This document shows, piece by piece, positions 1 to 6,771 of a stretch of DNA of 19,381 bases. Every line of letters starts with the position of its first letter. The stretch's first letter is position 1. The DNA lies in IMG/VR virus record IMGVR_UViG_2861069343_000003, positions 1 to 19,381 of that record; one strand, written 5' to 3'. Below the pieces are notes generated by a model that was given only the letters and a program-made list of their open reading frames with translations, did not search any database and was not told where the DNA came from. Source of the stretch: a virus (Duplodnaviria > Heunggongvirae > Uroviricota > Caudoviricetes). The position numbers and the translations under genes are program-made.

Positions 1-552
1 ATGCATGACAATATTTGGTTTACATATAAAGCACGTATCCAAGCGCACCATCGACTAGAATGGCTTGAAAAACACTCTCAATTTATCCTCGTTTGGTATG
101 CTATATTGAGTGCGGTACTTTCAATTGTAACGTTGCGATTTCCAAAGGTTCTAGGAGATAATACAGATATCGTTGCGGCGATACTTTCAGTGGCTCTACT
201 GGGTATTTCTCTGATCGTATCTAACCTAGATTTTCGTGGTCGAGCAATAGCTATGAGAAGGAATTATATTGCACTACAGCGACTCTATTTTGACATTACC
301 ACCAGTCAACAGTTATCTCTTGAACAGAAAGAAAAATATTTTAATTTGCTCAATGAGGTTGAGAATCACCGTGACATAGATGATAAAATTTCAAGGGTAA
401 CTCAAGTTGGACTTAAGACGAGGATCCCCACACAAAAAGAAAAAATAATTGTTATTTTATGGATATTACTTCGAATATTTATTACTGCCGCACTTTATAT
501 ACTCCCATTAATATATCTTTGGATTGACTATGACTGCAAGCAGAATTTTTAA
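1..552 (+). CDS. SLATT-like multi-TM membrane protein, putative pore-forming effector partner of the downstream reverse transcriptase (possibly 5'-partial, because the ORF begins at the window edge)
   Basis: ATG at position 1; the ORF could continue upstream. The translation shows an N-terminal amphipathic helix IWFTYKARIQAHHRLEWLEK. Two hydrophobic helices follow (aa 27-45 = nt 79-135; aa 56-76 = nt 166-228). A helix FRGRAIAMRRNYIALQRLY comes directly after TM2, and a third hydrophobic segment lies at aa 148-174 (nt 442-522). This layout matches my recollection of SLATT 2TM effector domains. The stop overlaps the RT ATG by 23 nt. The region is very AT-rich. The family call is by eye, not by HMM. 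Confidence 0.65.
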   Translation: MHDNIWFTYKARIQAHHRLEWLEKHSQFILVWYAILSAVLSIVTLRFPKVLGDNTDIVAAILSVALLGISLIVSNLDFRGRAIAMRRNYIALQRLYFDITTSQQLSLEQKEKYFNLLNEVENHRDIDDKISRVTQVGLKTRIPTQKEKIIVILWILLRIFITAALYILPLIYLWIDYDCKQNF

Positions 553-1900
553 AAAGTCATTCTCGAAAAAAAACCTTCTAAAAGTATACTCTGAAAAAAT
601 CAAAGAATCAGGAGCGATTGGCATAGATCGGATTCGCCCATCAAAACTTGATTTGACAATAAAAAATGAGATCACTTTCATTTTTGAAAAGGTTAATTCT
701 GGCAATTACAAATTTACAGCATATAAAGAAAAATTAATATCTAAAGGCGCTAACTCTACACCCAGACAGATTTCCATACCAACTGCTAGGGACAGAATTA
801 CTCTTAGAGCTCTCTGTGAATGCCTTACGGAAATATATCCTAAGTCCAGATTAAAACTACCACATACAGTAATTGACTCATTGAAAGAAGCATTAAACAA
901 CAGTCTATATGCTGAATATGCAAAAATAGATCTTAAAAGTTTCTATCCTTCAATTGAACATAAATTGATAATTAATGCAATAAAAAATAAAATTAGAAAA
1001 AAAGAAATTAGACAGTTAATAACATCATCATTAATCGTGCCTACTGTAAGTGGAACCACAGGAAGCAAAGGTATCCCTAATAATACCAGAGGAGTACCTC
1101 AGGGATTAGCGATATCAAACATTTTAGCTGAAATATCACTATCTAATTTCGATGATGAAATCAATAAAATGCATGACATATGGTACATGCGATACGTTGA
1201 TGACATTCTTATTTTAACACCAAAATATCAAGCAACAAAAATAGCTTCTCATATCATTGATAAGCTTCAATCATTAAATTTAAACCCACATCCATTAAAT
1301 GAAGAGAACTCAAAATCCAAAGTAGGCAGTTTGGATGAAAGTTTTAACTTTTTGGGATACCACATAGAAAATCGAGAATTATTGATAAAACATGAGAGCA
1401 TTCTTAGATTTGAGTCATCCTTAGCAAAAATTTTTACTGCATATAGGCACGCTCTACTACAAGCTAAAAGTAAGCGTGATAAAGAACGAGCTGTTGCATA
1501 TTGTCAGTGGAAACTAAATCTCAGAATTACGGGATGTGTGTTTGAAGGTAAACGATTGGGATGGGTATCGTACTTCTCACAAATAACCTCAACAGCTCAA
1601 CTTCGCTCTGTTAATCATACTATCAATAATCTTATCCGCCGATTCGGCCTTTCATCAGAAATAAAACCAAAATCTTTGATTAAAACTTTCTATGAACTCC
1701 GCAGAGGTAGAGCGGAGACTTTTAAATACATACCTAACTTTGACAATCTACATATATCTCAGAAACGAGAACTTGTTTCTATGTGGATAGGTAAAGAGAA
1801 GGAAAAAAAACTTAGCAATAGTGAAATAGAGAGGAAGTTTAAATTTAAAATTGCGAAATCAGTAAAAGAGCTTGAAGAGGATATTTCAGGAATATCATAG
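530..1900 (+). CDS. stand-alone reverse transcriptase (RNA-directed DNA polymerase) of UG/Abi-like or group-II-like lineage, without retron hallmarks
   Basis: The ORF track starts at TTG 524; the first ATG is at 530, preceded by GGA (521-523). Residue numbers use the track translation. Motifs: RQISIPTARDRITLRAL (81-97, motifs 1-2); AKIDLKSFYPSI (133-144, motif A, Asp136); GVPQGLAISNILAE (190-203, motif B); YMRYVDDILIL (221-231, motif C, with YVDD at nt 1193-1204); FNFLGYHI (274-281, motif 7). A thumb-like LRITGCVFEGKRLGWVSYF follows at 333-351. No endonuclease, nitrilase or long repeat extension is present. Confidence 0.93.
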   Translation: MTASRIFKKSFSKKNLLKVYSEKIKESGAIGIDRIRPSKLDLTIKNEITFIFEKVNSGNYKFTAYKEKLISKGANSTPRQISIPTARDRITLRALCECLTEIYPKSRLKLPHTVIDSLKEALNNSLYAEYAKIDLKSFYPSIEHKLIINAIKNKIRKKEIRQLITSSLIVPTVSGTTGSKGIPNNTRGVPQGLAISNILAEISLSNFDDEINKMHDIWYMRYVDDILILTPKYQATKIASHIIDKLQSLNLNPHPLNEENSKSKVGSLDESFNFLGYHIENRELLIKHESILRFESSLAKIFTAYRHALLQAKSKRDKERAVAYCQWKLNLRITGCVFEGKRLGWVSYFSQITSTAQLRSVNHTINNLIRRFGLSSEIKPKSLIKTFYELRRGRAETFKYIPNFDNLHISQKRELVSMWIGKEKEKKLSNSEIERKFKFKIAKSVKELEEDISGIS

Positions 1901-1963
1901 ATATGTAATCCATTAAGTCATTAAAATATATCGCAATAAACACACTATTTAAACTCACAAACC

Positions 1964-2004
1964 AGCCGCAGTATCCTGCCATGGCAAGTTGCTGCGGCTT
2001 TTTA
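1964..2004. terminator. bidirectional rho-independent terminator between the convergent RT operon and the prophage late genes
   Basis: 8-bp stem AGCCGCAG (1964-1971) pairs with CTGCGGCT (1992-1999), with an inner palindrome TGCCATGGCA. TTTT (2000-2003) follows on the + strand and GGTTTGTGAGTTT follows on the - strand. It coincides with the switch from AT-rich to roughly 50% GC sequence. Confidence 0.7.
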
Positions 2005-2007
2005 TGT

Positions 2008-2301
2008 TCAACGGATCAACAGCCAGATCAGAAGACACGCTACCATCGGCACAGCAAAATCCATCAGGCTTGCCACATCCCATGCGCGTGGATCAAAACC
2101 GCCCCACCACGGCATGTTAATCCGCTTGCCATGCCCGAACATTTCAATCCAGCGATATTATGCTTGGGTGTGTTCGCCCGCAATGAAGAACGTACAACTG
2201 GCTATCGCTCCGTAAACCCAGTTTCCGGTAAAAAGCCCCACCAGTATCTGCGCAGCCACAGCACAAAGTGCATGAAGGAAAGGTGTTATACCCATTTTCA
2301 T
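2008..2301 (-). pseudogene. small hydrophobic prophage membrane protein interrupted by an in-frame TAA (97 codons in total if read through)
   Basis: Hand translation of the - strand from ATG 2301 (or ATG 2295, with AGGA upstream) gives MKMGITPFLHALCAVAAQILVGLFTGNWVYGAIASCTFFIAGEHTQA. A TAA follows at 2158-2160. The same frame then continues YRWIEMFGHGKRINMPWWGGFDPRAWDVASLMDFAVPMVACLLIWLLIR to TGA at 2008-2010. Each half is under 60 aa, so neither appears in the ORF track. The + strand ORF 1981-2313 listed there is the antisense artefact. Confidence 0.55.
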
Positions 2302-2337
2302 CCTACCCAATAAAACGGGGCGCACAGCCCCTTAATA

Positions 2338-5300
2338 TTATTTAGAGGCAAGCGCCGCCTCAATTGCAGATAATCTTTGTTTTAATTCTGCGTTTTCTTC
2401 TTCCAGCGAGGTAACGCGATCATCTGTTTCACGGGCGACCTGAACAAGTAAACCCGTCACGGCGGCGTAGTCAACATTAAGATAGCGCGTTTCTTCGCGT
2501 AGCTCGTTGCCGTCAACGGTCGGGCCTTGCAACTCTTCACCGTAATGGATGAATGAACCAACGGCCTCCGGGATGGCCTCTTCAACTTCCTGGGCTATAA
2601 CCCCGGCGCAATGTGCCCCATTCTCCTTGAGCGTGTACGTGTATCCATTAATTTTGCGGATTGCGTCAGTCGCGTTATCGATAATCTCGATATTTTCTTT
2701 CAGTCTGCGGTCTGATGACTGATTCAGTGTGGTGCAGTTAACACTTCCGTTTACAGTAAGGTTTTGCCCGTCTGTTGTTTTTTGCGCATAAAACAGATAC
2801 GCAGCAGACGTGCCAACCTCAAAAACGTTTTGTCGAGTACTGGAACCCCACACCCTGATACTAACTGGTAGTTCTGAATTACCTGAATTAAGTAAAGCAA
2901 AACGATTGCCAGTCCCTGTTTGTTTTCTAATTACTAAATCGGCAGTTGAGTTAACCTCATCTTTGTTGATGGTTAGCGCCTGTGCTGTAGCACCGTTGAC
3001 AGTACCGCTTAGTAGTTGCACCGCGCCATCATCGCCATTTAACAGCACTTGAGCGCTGCTTCTGTGGTTTTTAAGGCACAACATTTTTCCCGTGTTTTTC
3101 GATGTACCTACTGACCACGCCGAATTGGTTCCAGTGCTATCAACACCGCGCACAGCACAATTCATACTACTGTAATCTGACGTACTCCCCAGCACATCAA
3201 CACGCCCGCCGCCTAATTTTGATGGAGTCGTCGAGGTTAACGACCTGACGGTTACATCCTGATTCCATCCTGAAACAACTACCTGACTCCACTCCGTCCA
3301 ACTTCCATTGACAACAAAGCGAACGTATATGCGTTTTGTGTCGCTGCCAATCAGCGTTTGCATGATCGCATAATCTGAACCCGTAGTTTTACGAGTAGAT
3401 TCTACACGTAGCAAAAAGTTACCGCTTACGCCGTCAGGCTTATTGGTAATATATGCACCACCTGCGACAGTTTTGCATTGATAGTATTTAACAGATCCAG
3501 CCACTGTATTAGCAATGATCAAGTCGTTTAAATCAATAGTCTTGTTGTCAATGGTTTCCGGCTCGATAGATCCCGCCATACCTGCGTTAAATGTGGCAAG
3601 GTCAGAAAAGGTTGTTTTACCGCCTACCGTCACCCCGCTATCGAGTTTTGCTTGTGTGATTACTTTGCTGTTTTTTGTGTGGTCAGAATAACTACCAAAA
3701 TACAAATCACCGTCACCAGCTATACCCAGGTATTTTTGATCAACATCATCAACCTTAAACCCAATGGACAAGTTTTTAATTGTGTTGTTGCTCGTTAAAA
3801 CCAAAGGCGTATGCTGAGATCCTTTGATGCTTACCGTAGTGTTATCGGAACTGGTGCTTGTGTTTGCAAATTCTGCGGTGGCTGCGCTGATTTTGTAAGT
3901 TATTTTTAGATTGCGGGCCTCAACCCTCCCGTCGTGGCGAACAATAAAATCACCACTTGATTCACCTTTTGTGTTTTTCGCCCTGATGTGGATTTCGCCA
4001 AGTGATTCGTTGTTTTCAGGCGACCAAACAACGCCGCGCTCGCTTCCGTCGTTGTTCATGAACCACAGATGAGCGGTTCCTTTTGCTGATTTTAGCCTGA
4101 TAGATGGCGTTTCTTTCAATATATCAAGATCACCAGACATAACATCGCCGGATTTTTTCACCTGCGCATCGTTCGTTACGTTGCCAAGTCCAACATCCGA
4201 TTTCGACGGCTTGTTTGCCGAGCCGTATAGCTCATTGACGCTAAAAGTCCCGTTGTTAAGCCGGGCATCGTTGCCGGCATAGATCTTAATCTTCGCGGTT
4301 GAGTAGTCGATATTGATCGCTGACCACGTATCGCCGCACCGCGAGAATATACCAGAACCGTGGCTATAAATGGTCGCCGTGCTTCCGGTCGGCCTATCAC
4401 CGCGCCAGAAATGACCACCTTTGTCACGCAGAGCTTTTAAGATCTCTACATCGCTCATCTTGCCGTTTGTTGATATCCCGCTACCGCCAAGACCGAAAGC
4501 GCCTGTAAGCATAGCATTAGAAAGACCCAAATCTGCTTTAGTCGGCTTGTTTAACTGGTCGTAAATCCTTACAACGGGGCTTTCAACATATCCAGAAGGC
4601 GCGGCGGTTTGCTTAACAAATCCGTCTGGAATGTATAATTCCGGGCGTGCCGTCTGCGCCAGTACCGCAACCTTTGCGCCGTTGATAAATGCGCGCTGGA
4701 AGGCCCAAACCTCAATAAAGCCGTCACCTTTAACCAGGCCGTAACGCATCTGGTTGTTATCGGTCAGCCCGGTTGACCCTAAGCGGCGTATACTCAGATG
4801 ACGAGAAACATTATCCGCACTAAGCAAAGAAGGCAGACCGCGCGCCGAGATCTCGATAAAGTCAATGTTTCCGTAAGGGGAGCCGTAGTTACCAGCGTTA
4901 GTAACCATTAGCGTTACATGGCAATTGCCGCTTCCGGGATCGGAAAGTTTCGCGATCTTTATGTAAAAAGACTCATTACCAGTAACAACGGGCCAATCGT
5001 ATTGCGTCATCGGGCTGACGAGTCCCCCGACCTTGTCGAGATATTCTTTCGCCTTGTTCTCTGACGCTTTAGCGTTGGTTTCGCTGACCTTTGCTGCTGC
5101 CTCACTATTTTTCGCGTTGGTTTCTGATTTTTTGGCTGCTGTCGCGGAGTTTGCCGATGCAGTTTGTGAGTCTGCTGCCGCCTGTGCGCTGTTATCCGCA
5201 TTCGTCTCAGACGTTTTTGCGGCCTTCGCGGAATTTCCTGCTGCCGTTGCCGAGGAAGCTGCACTGCCGGCGCTCGAGGCAGCGCTCGTTTCTGATGATT

Positions 5301-6039
5301 TTGCCGCCACTTTTGAAGCCGACGCATCCCGGGCTGAGGTGGCAGCTTCTGACGCTTTCGTGGTCGCGGTGGATGCAGAAGTGGCCGCAGATTTTTGTGA
5401 TGCTGCGGCATTCGTTTCTGACGTTTTCGCTGCACCGGCACTGGTGGCTGCCGCGCTTTTTGAAGACTCTGCAGCGGCAGCACTTTTTGATGCTTCAGTA
5501 GCCTTTGTTGATGCCGTTCCTGCGCTGGAAGACGCTGACTGAGCCGACGACGCGGCCTGTCCGGCTGACGTGCTGGCTGCGCGTGCGGAGTCCGCAGCAT
5601 CAGTCGCATGGGTTGCCGCCTCACGGGCTGATGTGCGGGCATCACTGGCTGACTTCTTCGCGGCTGCCGTGTTCTGTGCTACTGCGGACGCGTTACGCGC
5701 CACCTCTTCCACCATCAGTTCAAAGCGGCGCAGTGCCTCCGGACGGACATCATCCTCCGTCATGGCACCGAGAAAATCATTCAGCGTACCCGGTTGTGAG
5801 TCTTCATACACGGTGATGGTCCCGGCATGCGATGGCGGGAAGCCTTCCACCAACAGAATAACGCTGTACTGACCGTACTCAACGTCCATGCTGTAACGCC
5901 CGGCTTCATCCGGGTTTTCTGAGGCCACTGTGTTCACCACCACCGTGGTGCTGTTGCGCCTGGCCTTTAGCTGAATGGTGCAGTTTTGTATCGGCTTACC
6001 TGCGCCATCTTTCAGTACACCTGAAATCCGTACTGCCAT
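2338..6039 (-). CDS. stf: side tail fibre protein: lambda Stf-like N-terminus, divergent distal part and C-terminal S74 chaperone domain
   Basis: The N-terminal ~340 aa (MAVRISGVLKDGAGKPIQNCTIQLKARRNSTTVVVNTV...GRYSMDVEYGQYSVIL...TITVYEDSQPGTLNDFL, then the Ala/Ser-rich AAKTSETNA repeats) match lambda Stf (orf-401) as I remember it. The middle ~760 aa is beta-rich and unrelated to lambda Stf; it contains the tail-fibre motif GDVMSGDLDI. The C-terminus is an S74 domain. ATG at 6037-6039, preceded by GGGGGGA. Confidence 0.9.
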   Translation of the reverse strand: MAVRISGVLKDGAGKPIQNCTIQLKARRNSTTVVVNTVASENPDEAGRYSMDVEYGQYSVILLVEGFPPSHAGTITVYEDSQPGTLNDFLGAMTEDDVRPEALRRFELMVEEVARNASAVAQNTAAAKKSASDARTSAREAATHATDAADSARAASTSAGQAASSAQSASSSAGTASTKATEASKSAAAAESSKSAAATSAGAAKTSETNAAASQKSAATSASTATTKASEAATSARDASASKVAAKSSETSAASSAGSAASSATAAGNSAKAAKTSETNADNSAQAAADSQTASANSATAAKKSETNAKNSEAAAKVSETNAKASENKAKEYLDKVGGLVSPMTQYDWPVVTGNESFYIKIAKLSDPGSGNCHVTLMVTNAGNYGSPYGNIDFIEISARGLPSLLSADNVSRHLSIRRLGSTGLTDNNQMRYGLVKGDGFIEVWAFQRAFINGAKVAVLAQTARPELYIPDGFVKQTAAPSGYVESPVVRIYDQLNKPTKADLGLSNAMLTGAFGLGGSGISTNGKMSDVEILKALRDKGGHFWRGDRPTGSTATIYSHGSGIFSRCGDTWSAINIDYSTAKIKIYAGNDARLNNGTFSVNELYGSANKPSKSDVGLGNVTNDAQVKKSGDVMSGDLDILKETPSIRLKSAKGTAHLWFMNNDGSERGVVWSPENNESLGEIHIRAKNTKGESSGDFIVRHDGRVEARNLKITYKISAATAEFANTSTSSDNTTVSIKGSQHTPLVLTSNNTIKNLSIGFKVDDVDQKYLGIAGDGDLYFGSYSDHTKNSKVITQAKLDSGVTVGGKTTFSDLATFNAGMAGSIEPETIDNKTIDLNDLIIANTVAGSVKYYQCKTVAGGAYITNKPDGVSGNFLLRVESTRKTTGSDYAIMQTLIGSDTKRIYVRFVVNGSWTEWSQVVVSGWNQDVTVRSLTSTTPSKLGGGRVDVLGSTSDYSSMNCAVRGVDSTGTNSAWSVGTSKNTGKMLCLKNHRSSAQVLLNGDDGAVQLLSGTVNGATAQALTINKDEVNSTADLVIRKQTGTGNRFALLNSGNSELPVSIRVWGSSTRQNVFEVGTSAAYLFYAQKTTDGQNLTVNGSVNCTTLNQSSDRRLKENIEIIDNATDAIRKINGYTYTLKENGAHCAGVIAQEVEEAIPEAVGSFIHYGEELQGPTVDGNELREETRYLNVDYAAVTGLLVQVARETDDRVTSLEEENAELKQRLSAIEAALASK
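2341..2715 (-). other. intramolecular chaperone auto-processing domain (peptidase S74 type) at the tail fibre C-terminus
   Basis: The last 125 aa begin SDRRLKENIEIIDNATDAIRKINGYTYTLKENGAHCAGVIAQEVEEAIPEAV and end in a coiled-coil, LEEENAELKQRLSAIEAALASK. This is the typical S-D-x-R-x-K self-cleavage signature of endosialidase/tailspike chaperone domains. The Ser codon is at 2713-2715. Confidence 0.8.
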
Positions 6040-6050
6040 ATTCCCCCCAC

Positions 6051-6075
6051 AAAAAAACCCGCCTGAACCGGCGGG
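6051..6075 (-). terminator. rho-independent terminator downstream of lom
   Basis: The - strand reads CCCGCC-GGTTCA-GGCGGG followed by TTTTTTTG (stem 6058-6063 / 6070-6075, A-run 6051-6057 on the + strand). It lies 12 nt upstream of the stf start. Confidence 0.8.
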
Positions 6076-6103
6076 CTGTCATAACACTGTGTTACCTGGC
6101 TAA

Positions 6104-6703
6104 TCAGAATTTATAACCGACACCCACGATGAAACCGTCAGTGCGCCAGTCACCACTGCCGGAACCTTCATAAGCAATATCAATGGCCACGGATTCGGTC
6201 GGGTTAAACTGCACGCCAGCCCCCCACGCCAGAGACGTGTTGCTGTGGCGACCGTCATCACTTCCGGTCAGCACATCGTGCGTTTTCCCCTTGTTGTCAG
6301 TTACGCGGAGATAATCCCCGGAGAAAGTCGACACACGGCTGTAAGCCACACCCGCCATCGCATACGCGCTGAACCATTCATTCACGCGCACAGACGGCCC
6401 CGCCATCACGCTGAACCAGCGGTTACGCACGGAATCCTCATGCCAGCGGGTATCGCTGTAATGCGTTTTTTGCTCATCTTCAGCGTTGGCATAACTGAAT
6501 GACGTAATCAGCCCCAGCGTGTCCGTAAACTCATAACGGTATTTCACGTTAATCCCGTTCAGATTATCGCTGCCGGGAGCGTTCGTACGGGCATGAAGAT
6601 ACCCTGCGCTCAGTGTGGCCTGCTGCTCAGACGCCCATGCAGGCGCACCGGATACGGCCAGACAGATGGCTGCGGACAAAATGGCTGCACAAACTTTACG
6701 CAT
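6104..6703 (-). CDS. lom: Lom outer-membrane protein (Ail/Lom family beta-barrel), a prophage moron
   Basis: The 199-aa product MRKVCAAILSAAICLAVSGAPAWASE...SLAWGAGVQFNPTESVAIDIAYEGSGSGDWRTDGFIVGVGYKF is near-identical to lambda Lom as I recall it. It has a signal peptide ending AWA-SE and an SD GAGAGG before the ATG at 6701-6703. Confidence 0.95.
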   Translation of the reverse strand: MRKVCAAILSAAICLAVSGAPAWASEQQATLSAGYLHARTNAPGSDNLNGINVKYRYEFTDTLGLITSFSYANAEDEQKTHYSDTRWHEDSVRNRWFSVMAGPSVRVNEWFSAYAMAGVAYSRVSTFSGDYLRVTDNKGKTHDVLTGSDDGRHSNTSLAWGAGVQFNPTESVAIDIAYEGSGSGDWRTDGFIVGVGYKF

Positions 6704-6725
6704 AATTACCTCTCGCTTTTCTGCA

Positions 6726-6752
6726 ATAAAAAAGGCGCCAGAAATGGCGCCC
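6726..6752 (-). terminator. rho-independent terminator between J and lom
   Basis: The - strand reads GGCGCC-ATTTCT-GGCGCC followed by TTTTTTATT (stem 6734-6739 / 6746-6751). Confidence 0.8.
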
Positions 6753-6771
6753 GCATATGGGTTATGAAAAT

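Noticed and set aside
508-900. Small - strand ORFs 508-705 and 706-900
   Set aside because: They are antisense to the RT N-terminal coding region. AT-rich sequence with Phe/Ile/Lys-rich products does not support them.
1-1900. Retron interpretation of the RT locus
   Set aside because: No VTG or NAxxH retron signatures are present. Motif 7 is FLGY-type. The upstream ORF overlaps the RT start, leaving no msr-msd space within the window. An ncRNA upstream of position 1 cannot be excluded.
1-2004. Mobile group II intron
   Set aside because: The sequence 5' of the RT is a clean membrane-protein ORF, not ribozyme domains I-IV. Only about 60 nt lie 3' of the stop, with no domain V/VI-like GC-rich hairpins. 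There is no En/HNH extension on the RT.
1981-2313. 110-aa + strand ORF listed in the track
   Set aside because: Its start lies inside the terminator hairpin, it has no SD, and its composition is odd (Cys/His-rich). The opposite strand encodes a coherent hydrophobic protein interrupted by one stop, which explains the open frame better.
1-3000. Diversity-generating retroelement (DGR) acting on the adjacent tail fibre
   Set aside because: The RT is convergent with stf and lies in a compositionally different block. Its motif B is not DGR-type. The fibre C-terminus is an S74 chaperone rather than a C-type-lectin variable region. I see no TR/VR-like repeat between 1-2000 and the stf 3' end. A dot-plot would settle this definitively.
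5007-5872. Several overlapping ORFs (5007-5645 -, 5033-5542 +, 5091-5501 +, 5505-5816 +, 5570-5872 +) in the tail-fibre Ala/Ser-rich region
   Set aside because: All lie within the GCN/TCN-repeat coding region of stf, which lacks stop codons in most frames. Their products are low-complexity (poly-Ala/Arg/Pro). The Stf frame is the one matching lambda.
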